The position numbers and the translations under genes were made by a program. The notes under the pieces were generated by a model. That model was not told where the DNA came from. It saw only the letters and a list, made by a program, of their open reading frames with translations, and did not search any database. Below, piece by piece: positions 31,102-40,317 of a stretch of DNA of 64,000 nt. Origin of the DNA: an uncultured virus (IMG/VR IMGVR_UViG_3300025070_000023) (Duplodnaviria; Heunggongvirae; Uroviricota; Caudoviricetes); IMG/VR virus record IMGVR_UViG_3300025070_000023, one strand, 5' to 3'. Position 1 is the first letter of the stretch. Every line of letters starts with the position of its first letter.

Positions 31102-31437
31102 CTAATCTTCTTTGGTTTTAGTTTCTTTTTGCTTTTTTGCCGCAGGTTTCCTTCCCCTCTTAACAGGTTTAGGAGGCAATAAAAGAGATTCTAGTTCATC
31201 ATGAGTGGTTATTGCGGAACCCAATACTCTATTGATAACATCAAATCTTTTTGGGTCTATTTCCGAAAGTGCCTTCCTATCGTCTTCTGTAAAGAGAATC
31301 TCTAGATTAGTGTCTCCTTTCAGCGTTATTGCTGTAAAAGGTTCTACATTATCTAGAGAATCCCTTTTTGTCAAAAGAACCCCACGGACAATTACTGATG
31401 GCTTATTTGCTATAGTTGCCATTTTAATTATTGCCAC
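31102..31437 (-). CDS. Hypothetical protein with basic C-terminal tail
   Basis: KRGRKPAAKK tail. Confidence 0.6.
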   Translation of the reverse strand: MAIIKMATIANKPSVIVRGVLLTKRDSLDNVEPFTAITLKGDTNLEILFTEDDRKALSEIDPKRFDVINRVLGSAITTHDELESLLLPPKPVKRGRKPAAKKQKETKTKED

Positions 31438-31446
31438 TAGAACACC

Positions 31447-32046
31447 TCAAAGATTTCCAGTAACTTTAACTCTAACTACGCCACAATCAGTATTTGCTGA
31501 TACTAAAGCACCGCTAGAAGCAACTACAGCCTTAAGTTCAAACTTGTCTACTGCACCATAAGCACCTGCTCTAGATACTACAGGAGTAATTCTGTGAAGA
31601 GAACTTTCCTGTCCTAAGATTTGAACGGAAGAAATACTTGATAGTCCTAAATCTACAGCATTAATCAATTCACTTGTTGGGGTGATAGTTGCATTTGCTC
31701 CGGTTTCATTTGCTAATAACAGGTCAGTTCCGTCTTTCTTTAGTCTTATCTCTCTATTAGCGGCATTTGCTGAACTCACAGTAATGCTGTCAATAATAGC
31801 AGTAATATCGTTGCTAGAGTTAGCAGAATCTATAATTACTTCTTGCCCTGCAAGTAAAGTTGTTATTCCGCTTGCCGCAGTAACAATAGTATCTGTTAAT
31901 TTAGAAACAGTAATACTAATTGTGCCTGTAGCGGCAGGTCTTGCGCCAGTTAAGTCTATAGCCGCAATAACGGAATATTCATCCCCTAGAGCCTTTGGTT
32001 TTGTAAAGCCTTTATGGTCGGCTAAAAGTGTTACAGTATGTGTCAC
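31447..32046 (-). CDS. Putative capsid decoration protein
   Basis: Directly downstream of MCP; A/T/S-rich. Confidence 0.5.
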   Translation of the reverse strand: MTHTVTLLADHKGFTKPKALGDEYSVIAAIDLTGARPAATGTISITVSKLTDTIVTAASGITTLLAGQEVIIDSANSSNDITAIIDSITVSSANAANREIRLKKDGTDLLLANETGANATITPTSELINAVDLGLSSISSVQILGQESSLHRITPVVSRAGAYGAVDKFELKAVVASSGALVSANTDCGVVRVKVTGNL

Positions 32047-32056
32047 TTAAATCGCC

Positions 32057-33394
32057 TCACAGAAGGTTTGTAATCTTTCCTTGACCCTTGAAGTATGAAC
32101 AAGCCATTTCACCAATTGTTCGGTATAGAGCCTTGTTTCCAAGGTTGCCAACACCGAATGGGTTTCCGTTACTAATACCATCTTCAAAGTATTGAGTTGG
32201 CTTCATCACTGATAGCCATAGATGGTCAGTATCTAGAACAAGCATGTCACCGATTAGAGAACTGTTTAGACCAGTAGAAGGCATAGCCGCTACAGGAATC
32301 AATGGGATATCGTAGTATGTAGAAACTCTAAATCCTACTTCTGCACCCTTAACGCCTCTAACACCATTTACAGTTGGAACAATCTCTTTTCTGTCCATAA
32401 ATCTCTCTTGTGCTTGTAGCAAATCACTTAGAGTTTGTAGAGTATCATATCCAGTTAGGATAACCTTTGGAGAACCTCCGGCTACTCTAATATCTCTTAG
32501 TAGAGAATTTAGAACTGTTAGAGTTAGTTGTCTTGCTTCACCGGAAGTATAACCTGCACCAAATGAAACTTGAGCATCTAGGAATGAATCACTTGCTCTT
32601 GACTTTCCATATAGTTTGTTAATGTCATCAGTTCGTGTAGCAACTACACTTGAAGCCTCCATTTCTGTCAATTCAGCATTACTAGAAACAATTTTCAATA
32701 GAGAAGTATAGTTTCTTTCCATTACATCTGCTGAACCGGAGTTGGCAGTAACATCTTGATAATGCTCAAGTGGCATTACTAGCATAGCGTTTTGAACTTC
32801 CGAATGGTGCTTACCCATGTCTTCTCTCAATTGCGCTCTAATGTCACCAATTCCGTCATCAATTGCCGCCATTTCCATAGCAAGTTCACTGAACTCAAAT
32901 TGATGAGCAATAATTTTAGGGCTAGTATTTAGCAAATCATATTCAGGAGCAATTGACATTAAACCATCTGCTTGACTATCTAGACTTGCATTTTCCGGAA
33001 CACCACCAATTCGGTCTGCTCTTAGAGTATCTGCACCATATAGTGAATCTGCTAGTGTAGCATTTCCGGTAATTGATAGGAAGTTTCCGCTTCCACCACC
33101 GGCTCTCTTTGCCAAAACTCTCCAACCACTTGATGTATATGGCCTCTTTGAAATAACTGAAAGTGCATTACATTCCCTGTTTAGCATTGACCAAACTTTT
33201 TGCCCATACATAATATTGTATAGATTTGCATTTATTCCGCTTGGTGCGGAAGTTGCATGTCCGTGGTTATATGCGGTATGAATACCACTAATGCCACCTT
33301 GAGCCTTTAATAGTTCATTTCCGATTGAACCCATTGTGTTTAGTCCGTATGTGCTTGCTTCTAAATCTGCTATTGTGTTAATATATCCTGTCAT
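32057..33394 (-). CDS. Major capsid protein (HK97-type)
   Basis: Follows prohead protease; 445 aa; GGVPEN, PKIIAH, YYDIPLIP, GKITNL end. Confidence 0.8.
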   Translation of the reverse strand: MTGYINTIADLEASTYGLNTMGSIGNELLKAQGGISGIHTAYNHGHATSAPSGINANLYNIMYGQKVWSMLNRECNALSVISKRPYTSSGWRVLAKRAGGGSGNFLSITGNATLADSLYGADTLRADRIGGVPENASLDSQADGLMSIAPEYDLLNTSPKIIAHQFEFSELAMEMAAIDDGIGDIRAQLREDMGKHHSEVQNAMLVMPLEHYQDVTANSGSADVMERNYTSLLKIVSSNAELTEMEASSVVATRTDDINKLYGKSRASDSFLDAQVSFGAGYTSGEARQLTLTVLNSLLRDIRVAGGSPKVILTGYDTLQTLSDLLQAQERFMDRKEIVPTVNGVRGVKGAEVGFRVSTYYDIPLIPVAAMPSTGLNSSLIGDMLVLDTDHLWLSVMKPTQYFEDGISNGNPFGVGNLGNKALYRTIGEMACSYFKGQGKITNLL

Positions 33395-33405
33395 AGTAAA
33401 TCACC

Positions 33406-34647
33406 TCAAATGAGTCCTCCGGCCATTTTATGAATGTCCGACCAATCCATTTCAGCCAGTTCTTCCATACTTGGGAGTTTAATTTGTGCTTCTTCTTGTG
33501 CCTTTAGTATTGTTTCTTTTTCTGTTGTCAAAGACTTTCTTAGGGAAACAAATTCATCTTTTAGGGAAGCAATTTCTGCTTGAGCATCATAGTTTGCCTT
33601 TTCTATTACTGTTTCTCTATTTGCTGTTTCTCTAGCAAATCTTTGTGCAAAAGACTTTTCTAGATTGCTGTAAGCCAACTTTTCTAGTTGTTCTTGTCGG
33701 AAAGCCTCATATGCTTTCTCAATGTTTCCAACAGTCAAATCAAGTGTTTCTAGTTCAGTATTGCTAAATGCTTTAACAACTGGTAAATCACTTGCTTTTG
33801 GCTTTCCATTGTCAATAACAATTCTATCTGCGGGTTCGCCAATTTCTACACCTGCTCCATCAAGAGTGGATAAAAGGGCTTTTCTTTCTTCCATGAGTTT
33901 CTCATAGTCTCCCTTTTCTTGGTCTAGAGGCATGGCAGATTCTTTATCATCGTCTTCCATTTTCTCGCCCATCATTTTTTCGTTCATCTTTTCATCCGTC
34001 TCATCCATCTTTTCACCATCTGCCATTTCTTCCTTACGGAGAGAATTGACTTCTGCCATCAAAGCGTCTAATTCTTCCAATGCTTTCTCTATTCGTGTCA
34101 TACTTTTCACCTTTGTTTTTGTTTTTGTTTTTTTGTCTTGTTTTAAAATATCAAATCGTGCTTCTGGATTTATTCCCTTTTCACAAATTGTTACCTCATG
34201 TAATTCTAATTTACTTATTTCGTTGTAGTCGCCTAGTTCTTTGTGACTCTTTTTCACTTTTTCTAAAGCCTGTCCTCCAATACTAAATGACCTCAACGAA
34301 CCTTTCCTTATGCCTCTATTAATTTCTTTGGCTTTTTCTATATCATCTCTTAACTTAATTACTACAAAGAACCCAACATCGTCCACTTCTGTTTTCCATA
34401 ATCTCCCTGTTGTATCTCTATATGATTCTACTACTTCTCCCACTTGAACATTTGAATGATTTGTCATTACATTTCTAAACTTGGGATTCTCCATATATTT
34501 TTTTACTGCCTCATTAAGTGCTTTGAGTGTGATTAAATCATTTTGCTTATCAACGATTTCTATGCTTGCATATCCTCCAATCATTAAATCGTTGCTTTTG
34601 AGAATCCTAAAGTCTGTTGTTTTGTTTGCCAATACCGCAGACGACAT
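33406..34647 (-). CDS. Prohead protease fused to C-terminal scaffold
   Basis: IGGYAS..IVDKQND, H in MTNHS, SFSIGG, LHEVTIC..GINPEA; acidic coiled-coil tail. Confidence 0.88.
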   Translation of the reverse strand: MSSAVLANKTTDFRILKSNDLMIGGYASIEIVDKQNDLITLKALNEAVKKYMENPKFRNVMTNHSNVQVGEVVESYRDTTGRLWKTEVDDVGFFVVIKLRDDIEKAKEINRGIRKGSLRSFSIGGQALEKVKKSHKELGDYNEISKLELHEVTICEKGINPEARFDILKQDKKTKTKTKVKSMTRIEKALEELDALMAEVNSLRKEEMADGEKMDETDEKMNEKMMGEKMEDDDKESAMPLDQEKGDYEKLMEERKALLSTLDGAGVEIGEPADRIVIDNGKPKASDLPVVKAFSNTELETLDLTVGNIEKAYEAFRQEQLEKLAYSNLEKSFAQRFARETANRETVIEKANYDAQAEIASLKDEFVSLRKSLTTEKETILKAQEEAQIKLPSMEELAEMDWSDIHKMAGGLI

Positions 34648-34676
34648 TCCTCTCAAAAACTAATTAATAGAACGAC

Positions 34677-34684
34677 TATATAAA
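34677..34684 (-). promoter_or_regulatory. TATA-box candidate for protease-MCP transcript
   Basis: TTTATATA about 30 nt upstream of ATG 34647 in a short intergenic gap. Confidence 0.45.
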
Positions 34685-34699
34685 GAACACACTGTTTTT

Positions 34700-37642
34700 T
34701 TATTCAGGCAAGGGTGTTTTAGCAAATTTATCTTCATAAATATTCCAAATACCTTCATCACCTTCAGTATCAGCAGGTTCTTGTTTATATCCAGTCCAAG
34801 CCAACCACATCTTTTTCTCTTGAACAGGTAAATAACGAATATGTAGTTTAGTTTCGAATTTGTTTCCTTTTAAGAAATATTCATGATATCCGTCTCTTTG
34901 GACTCCTAACTCAATATCTCCCGAATCAATTACCTTTCCTTGTTCTAAACTTTTAGAAACTTCAGCAGGATATTTTCCTGCCGCACCGAACAAATCAAAC
35001 AACTCTTCTTCATTATCTAGTTGAATAGTCCAAAACATAGACTCATTTTCTACTAATATTCCAAAAGAAACATTACCATCTTCTCTATCGTATATTTTGA
35101 ATTTACCTGTTCTATATTCTTTAGGAGTTTTATAGGCTTTTAACATAGCATACTTGTCTGTAAAATCTGAACCGAAACCCATTTTACATCTATCATATTC
35201 TTCTAACATTTCTCTTGCCTTTGGTATAGATTCAATTTGCCTTACTAATTCTTCACATTCAGTATTGGCTACTGTTATTTCTGCTAACTGCCTTAACTCT
35301 TCTACAGTTGTAAGAGTGACTCCATTTAGTCGCTCATAATCATCAATAACCTGTCTAGCGGAAGGGTCATCCCTAAGATTTGTTCCTTTTAATGAATCTA
35401 AACCTTCATTGACTCCTTGTAGATATTTTTGTTTTAAATCATTACAACATTTATCTTCATCAGTAGAATCATAAGACATAGATACCATAGGTGTTTCCTT
35501 TTGTCTTTCAATAGTTATTGGAACATTACGCATTGGTTTTCCACCTTTATTTGCTAATTCCATTAATGCCCCCATGACAGATTTAGCGATAGTATCTTCC
35601 TGTAGAACTTTGCTAGGGTCTACTAGGAATTTATTTCCCTCTTTTTCTAATCCGTCTCTTTGGGGAACAAAATCAGCAAGGTTCGTTTCTTTTCCTTGTA
35701 AAGTATCTTCATAAATAGCAGGATGTTTTTGATTTAGAAACTCATGAGTTTCTTTTATGGTTCTAGGTTTTGGTTTTAGATAATGATATAAAATTAATGC
35801 CAAATCATTATTTTTACTTTTCATAACTTCTTCTGCTTGATTCTTCCACATATCTAAATCAGCCAAAGCATTCTTAGACATCAAATTATTCTCTTCAAAA
35901 CCATATAATACAAAGCCACTAGTGTCGTATTTTGCTATAATAGTTGTCTCACCGTGAATATAGTCTGTAACTTTAATTCCCTTTTCTAAAGCGACAACAT
36001 CATAGTTAAGTGATTTCTTAGTATCTTGAGAAAGTATCTCTAGAGTAATTGGTTTATCCGGATATTCTACTTCGGGAACTTCTATTACTTTGGCAGAAAA
36101 CAAACTATAACTTTCTCCCTTTTTCTTGACTTCATCTACCTTTACTCTAATGATATCGCCAACATCAACATTAATTTTAGTATTGAGTGCTTTACCTACA
36201 TTCATATAATTTTGACCTTTTATTTCTACTAATCCTTCGATATCCTGTAAAACCGGCCCCACTCCTACAGAATATGAAAATAAATTACTTTTGGTTTTAT
36301 TTTTATCTAAAACTATAACATCCAAGTCTACAAAGTTTTTCCATTTTATCCATTTAGGATTCTTTTTAGTTCCAATATAATATGTTGAAGTAGCGTCTTT
36401 TATTACAACTCCTTCTGCTGTTGGTATTTCCATCATTTCTTTAGAATATTTTTCTAAGTCTTCTAAGTTATCTGCCTGTCTAGTATCTTTCTTAGAAGGA
36501 TAAGCAATCGCTTCGCCACTTTTAGCAGAATAATTATTGAAAAGAATGGTCATTCTATTAGATAATTCTTCTTCGGCCAAAGTCTGTGATTCGTGCCTCA
36601 TAATATCAAAAACATGACATCTTAATTTAGCATCTTTATATTTATTTTTGAATACATGGGCGATAGTATCTGCCCTGTGTAATGCTTCATTACCATCAAA
36701 TAATATTAGTTCCCCATCTAGAATACAATCCCCATATTCTTTCTTATTTAATTCTTGGACTTGAGCAGAACATTTATCTGTGATATTTTTCTCATTGTAA
36801 GAATAAATAGTAACCTTGCCATCTAACTTATGCAATTGTATTCTCATACCATCGTATTTTTCTTGAACAAACCAATCGCCACTAAATCCCTTTAGTTGCT
36901 CAATGTCTTCTATTTCAAAAATCCTATACATTGGTTTGTTAGGTACAATAAAGTGTGAGAGGGATTTTTCTTCTTTTTCTCCGTCTTCGTTCTTTTCAAT
37001 CTCTACTAACTCTTCCCAATCTTCTTCATCATTCCTAGAAAAGAAAATCGTTTCTAAAATATCCATAGCGGCCTTTACCTTTCCTTCGACTTCCCTAGAA
37101 TCCTTGCCGTCTCCATAGTGTTCGATAATATACAGCCCTATGTCGTCTGCCTCTAGGTCAAGTCCATCAAGACCCTCCGTTATTGTGTCACTTTGCATGT
37201 CTTTTATTGCTAATACATCCTTTGAAAGTGCTTTATTATCGTTTCTTAGTGCATAATGCACAAATTTAACCATAGTCTCCGGATTACTCAATAATTCTTC
37301 AAGAACATTACCTTTGAACATATCAGCAAATGGGTCAATTACAATTTTAGAAGTATATCTTAAAAGTTTAATATCTTCAAAGAGTTTCTGTGCCTTTAGA
37401 CTTTCAGGATTCTTTGTGTCTTTATCTTTTAAATCTTCTTCTTCAATAAATCTCTTAAGTTCTTTTCCTACTGCATTTAATTTTTCATATGATTCTATAA
37501 TCATATCTACAGCATTTTGCCATCTACTTCTGTATTCTTTTGGGTCTTCTTTTGCTGATAAATAGGCGACTCTAGATTTTTCAAACAATCTAAGTATTTC
37601 TACCGAAGGTTGTTTGTCCTTCTCGATAGAGTCTAGTTTCAA
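34700..37642 (-). CDS. lig: ATP-dependent DNA ligase with long N- and C-terminal extensions
   Basis: QEKYDGMR (motif I), LDGEL, FDIM, EGVVIK, WIKWK, then OB fold. Confidence 0.9.
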   Translation of the reverse strand: MKLDSIEKDKQPSVEILRLFEKSRVAYLSAKEDPKEYRSRWQNAVDMIIESYEKLNAVGKELKRFIEEEDLKDKDTKNPESLKAQKLFEDIKLLRYTSKIVIDPFADMFKGNVLEELLSNPETMVKFVHYALRNDNKALSKDVLAIKDMQSDTITEGLDGLDLEADDIGLYIIEHYGDGKDSREVEGKVKAAMDILETIFFSRNDEEDWEELVEIEKNEDGEKEEKSLSHFIVPNKPMYRIFEIEDIEQLKGFSGDWFVQEKYDGMRIQLHKLDGKVTIYSYNEKNITDKCSAQVQELNKKEYGDCILDGELILFDGNEALHRADTIAHVFKNKYKDAKLRCHVFDIMRHESQTLAEEELSNRMTILFNNYSAKSGEAIAYPSKKDTRQADNLEDLEKYSKEMMEIPTAEGVVIKDATSTYYIGTKKNPKWIKWKNFVDLDVIVLDKNKTKSNLFSYSVGVGPVLQDIEGLVEIKGQNYMNVGKALNTKINVDVGDIIRVKVDEVKKKGESYSLFSAKVIEVPEVEYPDKPITLEILSQDTKKSLNYDVVALEKGIKVTDYIHGETTIIAKYDTSGFVLYGFEENNLMSKNALADLDMWKNQAEEVMKSKNNDLALILYHYLKPKPRTIKETHEFLNQKHPAIYEDTLQGKETNLADFVPQRDGLEKEGNKFLVDPSKVLQEDTIAKSVMGALMELANKGGKPMRNVPITIERQKETPMVSMSYDSTDEDKCCNDLKQKYLQGVNEGLDSLKGTNLRDDPSARQVIDDYERLNGVTLTTVEELRQLAEITVANTECEELVRQIESIPKAREMLEEYDRCKMGFGSDFTDKYAMLKAYKTPKEYRTGKFKIYDREDGNVSFGILVENESMFWTIQLDNEEELFDLFGAAGKYPAEVSKSLEQGKVIDSGDIELGVQRDGYHEYFLKGNKFETKLHIRYLPVQEKKMWLAWTGYKQEPADTEGDEGIWNIYEDKFAKTPLPE

Positions 37643-37664
37643 AATGACTCCCTGCCTAAAATAA

Positions 37665-37928
37665 TTAGTCGTCTAATTTACTTTTTTTTAAACTGTCACC
37701 CGCAGTAGCATGACTACCTAAACCAAATCCGGAGTGTGTTCCTTGTGGTTTCATTTCTAGATTTACATTTTCTGCTTTTGGCCTTTTTACTTTTACTGCC
37801 TCGGATTCATCTTCTAACTCGCTTCTATTATTATCCATTAAAGATTGGTATAATATCTCTTTAGCGTTTCTAGCCTTTTCTATAGCCATGCTTATTTTTC
37901 TTTCTTCTGCTGTCACTCTTTCGGGCAT
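37665..37928 (-). CDS. Hypothetical head-module protein
   Basis: 87-aa coupled ORF. Confidence 0.6.
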   Translation of the reverse strand: MPERVTAEERKISMAIEKARNAKEILYQSLMDNNRSELEDESEAVKVKRPKAENVNLEMKPQGTHSGFGLGSHATAGDSLKKSKLDD

Positions 37929-38176
37929 TATTGTCCACCTGCCTTTTCTACCATTTTGTGAATATCACTCCAATCCATATTAGAAATATTTTCCATAGAA
38001 TTTTCTCCTCCTATGGTGCTTGTCATAACAGGAGTTGGACTATCAGTAACAACATATCCTGCCTTCATAAGTAGGCTATCTTTAGCATAAATTGTCTTTT
38101 CGAGTGCCTCTACCTTTGCTGTTAGGGCTTTTACAATTTCAAGCATTTCTTCATTTATTGTTCGTTCTTCGGTCAT
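37928..38176 (-). CDS. Small coiled-coil protein ending in scaffold-like MDWSDIHKM
   Basis: Nine residues identical to the protease/scaffold C-terminus. Confidence 0.7.
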   Translation of the reverse strand: MTEERTINEEMLEIVKALTAKVEALEKTIYAKDSLLMKAGYVVTDSPTPVMTSTIGGENSMENISNMDWSDIHKMVEKAGGQ

Positions 38177-38547
38177 TCTATCTTCTCCCGTTCTTTTTTA
38201 CCACTAGGATATACTAAGTCTCGTAACTGACGATACAATAATTCGTACTCCTTACGAAGTTTGGTAGCCGTGGCTACAATATCAATGTTCCGTTCATCCA
38301 TAGATTTCATTTTTTTATTAAGTTTCTTATCGGATTTCATTAAATCTAATTCTTTTAGAGAAGAAATTAAATCCCCCAACTTAGTAAAGTCTTGACCAAA
38401 AAATTCTGTTGGTTCAGCCGCCTGTAATGTTTTCTTTAGTCTTTTTTTACCCTTAACATCCAAAGAGTCTAATATCTTTTTTGGGCTTTTTGTTTTCTCT
38501 TCTTTGAATATTATCTCTCTTCCATCATCATAATAATCCCATGTCAT
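38173..38547 (-). CDS. Hypothetical head-module protein
   Basis: Coupled ORF starting MTWDYY. Confidence 0.65.
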   Translation of the reverse strand: MTWDYYDDGREIIFKEEKTKSPKKILDSLDVKGKKRLKKTLQAAEPTEFFGQDFTKLGDLISSLKELDLMKSDKKLNKKMKSMDERNIDIVATATKLRKEYELLYRQLRDLVYPSGKKEREKIE

Positions 38548-38552
38548 ATTTA

Positions 38553-40082
38553 TCACTCCAACATTCCGTCTACAATATTTAATTTTTGCTCTAATTCTTT
38601 TACCCTGCCAAAAAATCTAATGGCTAATGAAGATATTTCTGAAGTCTTATCCATACTAATGGAACCGAATCCCGAAGAAAGTTCAATAGTTTCGCTTTCT
38701 ATGTAGTCTTTTAATCCGGTTTTAAATTTATCCTCTATTTCATCAAATTGTTTAAGCAATTCTTTTAAATCATTTACTGTTCTTATTCCTGTTAAAAGAA
38801 CTTTACTTATTTGTCTTTTCACATCTTTAGACACAGCAATTTCCGGTGCTAATTTTGCGGCTACCTTTTGTAGTCTTTCTAGTGAAGGTTTCGCTTCTGC
38901 TACAAAATTAGCCTTATCAATAAGTTCATTTAATTTAGACTCCTCTTCCTCTATTTTTTCAGAAAAATCTAATTTTGCTTGCTGAATATACTTATCTTTA
39001 TTTTCAGTTATATCTTTAACTTTAGCCATTAACGATTGTAATTTAACATCCTTATCTCCCTTTACTTTTTTTCTCTCAGTATTAATCAATTCATTAATAC
39101 CTTGCCGAAGCCTTCTTACTTTGTTTGCTATTATTTTATCTTCGTCATTTTCCATCTCTTTTAATTCAGCAAGGCGGTCTTTTAACAGATTTTTTTCTGT
39201 TTCTATTTTTGCTAAATCTCTCATAGCCTTTCTAAATTTAGGCATATACCTTCTTTTTATTGATTCTACATCCCCTAATTTTCCTTGTAGAGCGTCCATG
39301 CCTACCATTAATTCATCCTTTCGTCTAGGTCTGTTTATGACACTAAGTGGTTCATATCCTTCAACGCTAGAAAAACAATATAGAAGAACATCTACACCAG
39401 TAAAGGTAGTTCCATCTACATTAAATTCCTTTAACGCTAAAGTCCTAGCCCTTTTCTCTAATTCACTAATATCGAAAAAGTCATCCTTTCCGTCACCGTA
39501 AAATAATTTTCCTCTTTGAAGTATATCCTTGAATTTTTTTGATAAGAGTGTAGGTTGCCCCTTTAACGCTTTCAATTTGTTAATTATCTGTTCTGCTTTT
39601 TTTGGATTTGTTCCGAACCTTCGGTATATTTTTCTCCATCCAGTTCCTTCTATCTCTAAATTACCATCTTTCAGTTTTAAAGTAACACTATCCAATAGTT
39701 CTTCCACATCGTCAAGGGAATCAAATAAAACAGATATTTCTTTTACAGCAAATTTTATCTTTCTTTCTCCAATAAGCCTGTCTCTTTCTACACCGCTTTC
39801 GATATTTTTATCTGCTGATAGCCTCCCTTCACGCTGTAATTCTGTTTTTGGAGCAACATAATCCTCTTCCTCGCTAGCCCTAGCCGAACCTGCTTCATCT
39901 TTGGCCTTTTGAATGTATTTTCTATATTCTATCATATTGTTTGAATTAATATTTTTTTCAAGTGATTTTTTAATCTCACTAGCCGAAGCCTGTTGTTCTA
40001 CTAGTTTGCTAGTCTCGTCATCTAACTCTACTTTGCTCAAAACATATAGTAAAGATTTATTTTTAGACAACTGTAAAAACAT
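38553..40082 (-). CDS. Long coiled-coil protein
   Basis: 509 aa, K/E-rich heptads. Confidence 0.7.
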   Translation of the reverse strand: MFLQLSKNKSLLYVLSKVELDDETSKLVEQQASASEIKKSLEKNINSNNMIEYRKYIQKAKDEAGSARASEEEDYVAPKTELQREGRLSADKNIESGVERDRLIGERKIKFAVKEISVLFDSLDDVEELLDSVTLKLKDGNLEIEGTGWRKIYRRFGTNPKKAEQIINKLKALKGQPTLLSKKFKDILQRGKLFYGDGKDDFFDISELEKRARTLALKEFNVDGTTFTGVDVLLYCFSSVEGYEPLSVINRPRRKDELMVGMDALQGKLGDVESIKRRYMPKFRKAMRDLAKIETEKNLLKDRLAELKEMENDEDKIIANKVRRLRQGINELINTERKKVKGDKDVKLQSLMAKVKDITENKDKYIQQAKLDFSEKIEEEESKLNELIDKANFVAEAKPSLERLQKVAAKLAPEIAVSKDVKRQISKVLLTGIRTVNDLKELLKQFDEIEDKFKTGLKDYIESETIELSSGFGSISMDKTSEISSLAIRFFGRVKELEQKLNIVDGMLE

Positions 40083-40091
40083 AGTATCGCC

Positions 40092-40316
40092 TCAAAATGG
40101 AATATTCTCTCTTCGGTTCTTTCGTTTTGGCGGTAATGTAATTACATCCGGAACATCTGCTGAATGTAGTTTCTTTTTTACCGTTGTATCAGCAGGTACT
40201 CCTACTGTAAAATCCCTACTTGGTTTTAGTTTAGCGTTCTTATTAGCATTTAATGCTCTTACTTGTGCTAATTCTTTCTTTAGTCTAATTTCTTTTTGCC
40301 TACTATCTTCTGTCAT
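40092..40316 (-). CDS. Small basic protein
   Basis: Starts just after portal stop. Confidence 0.55.
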   Translation of the reverse strand: MTEDSRQKEIRLKKELAQVRALNANKNAKLKPSRDFTVGVPADTTVKKKLHSADVPDVITLPPKRKNRRENIPF

Positions 40317-40317
40317 A

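Noticed and set aside
38173..38547. MTWDYY (and MIISWKG at 28147) as tag copies
   Set aside because: Lack the [IV]-[LI]-K half of the motif
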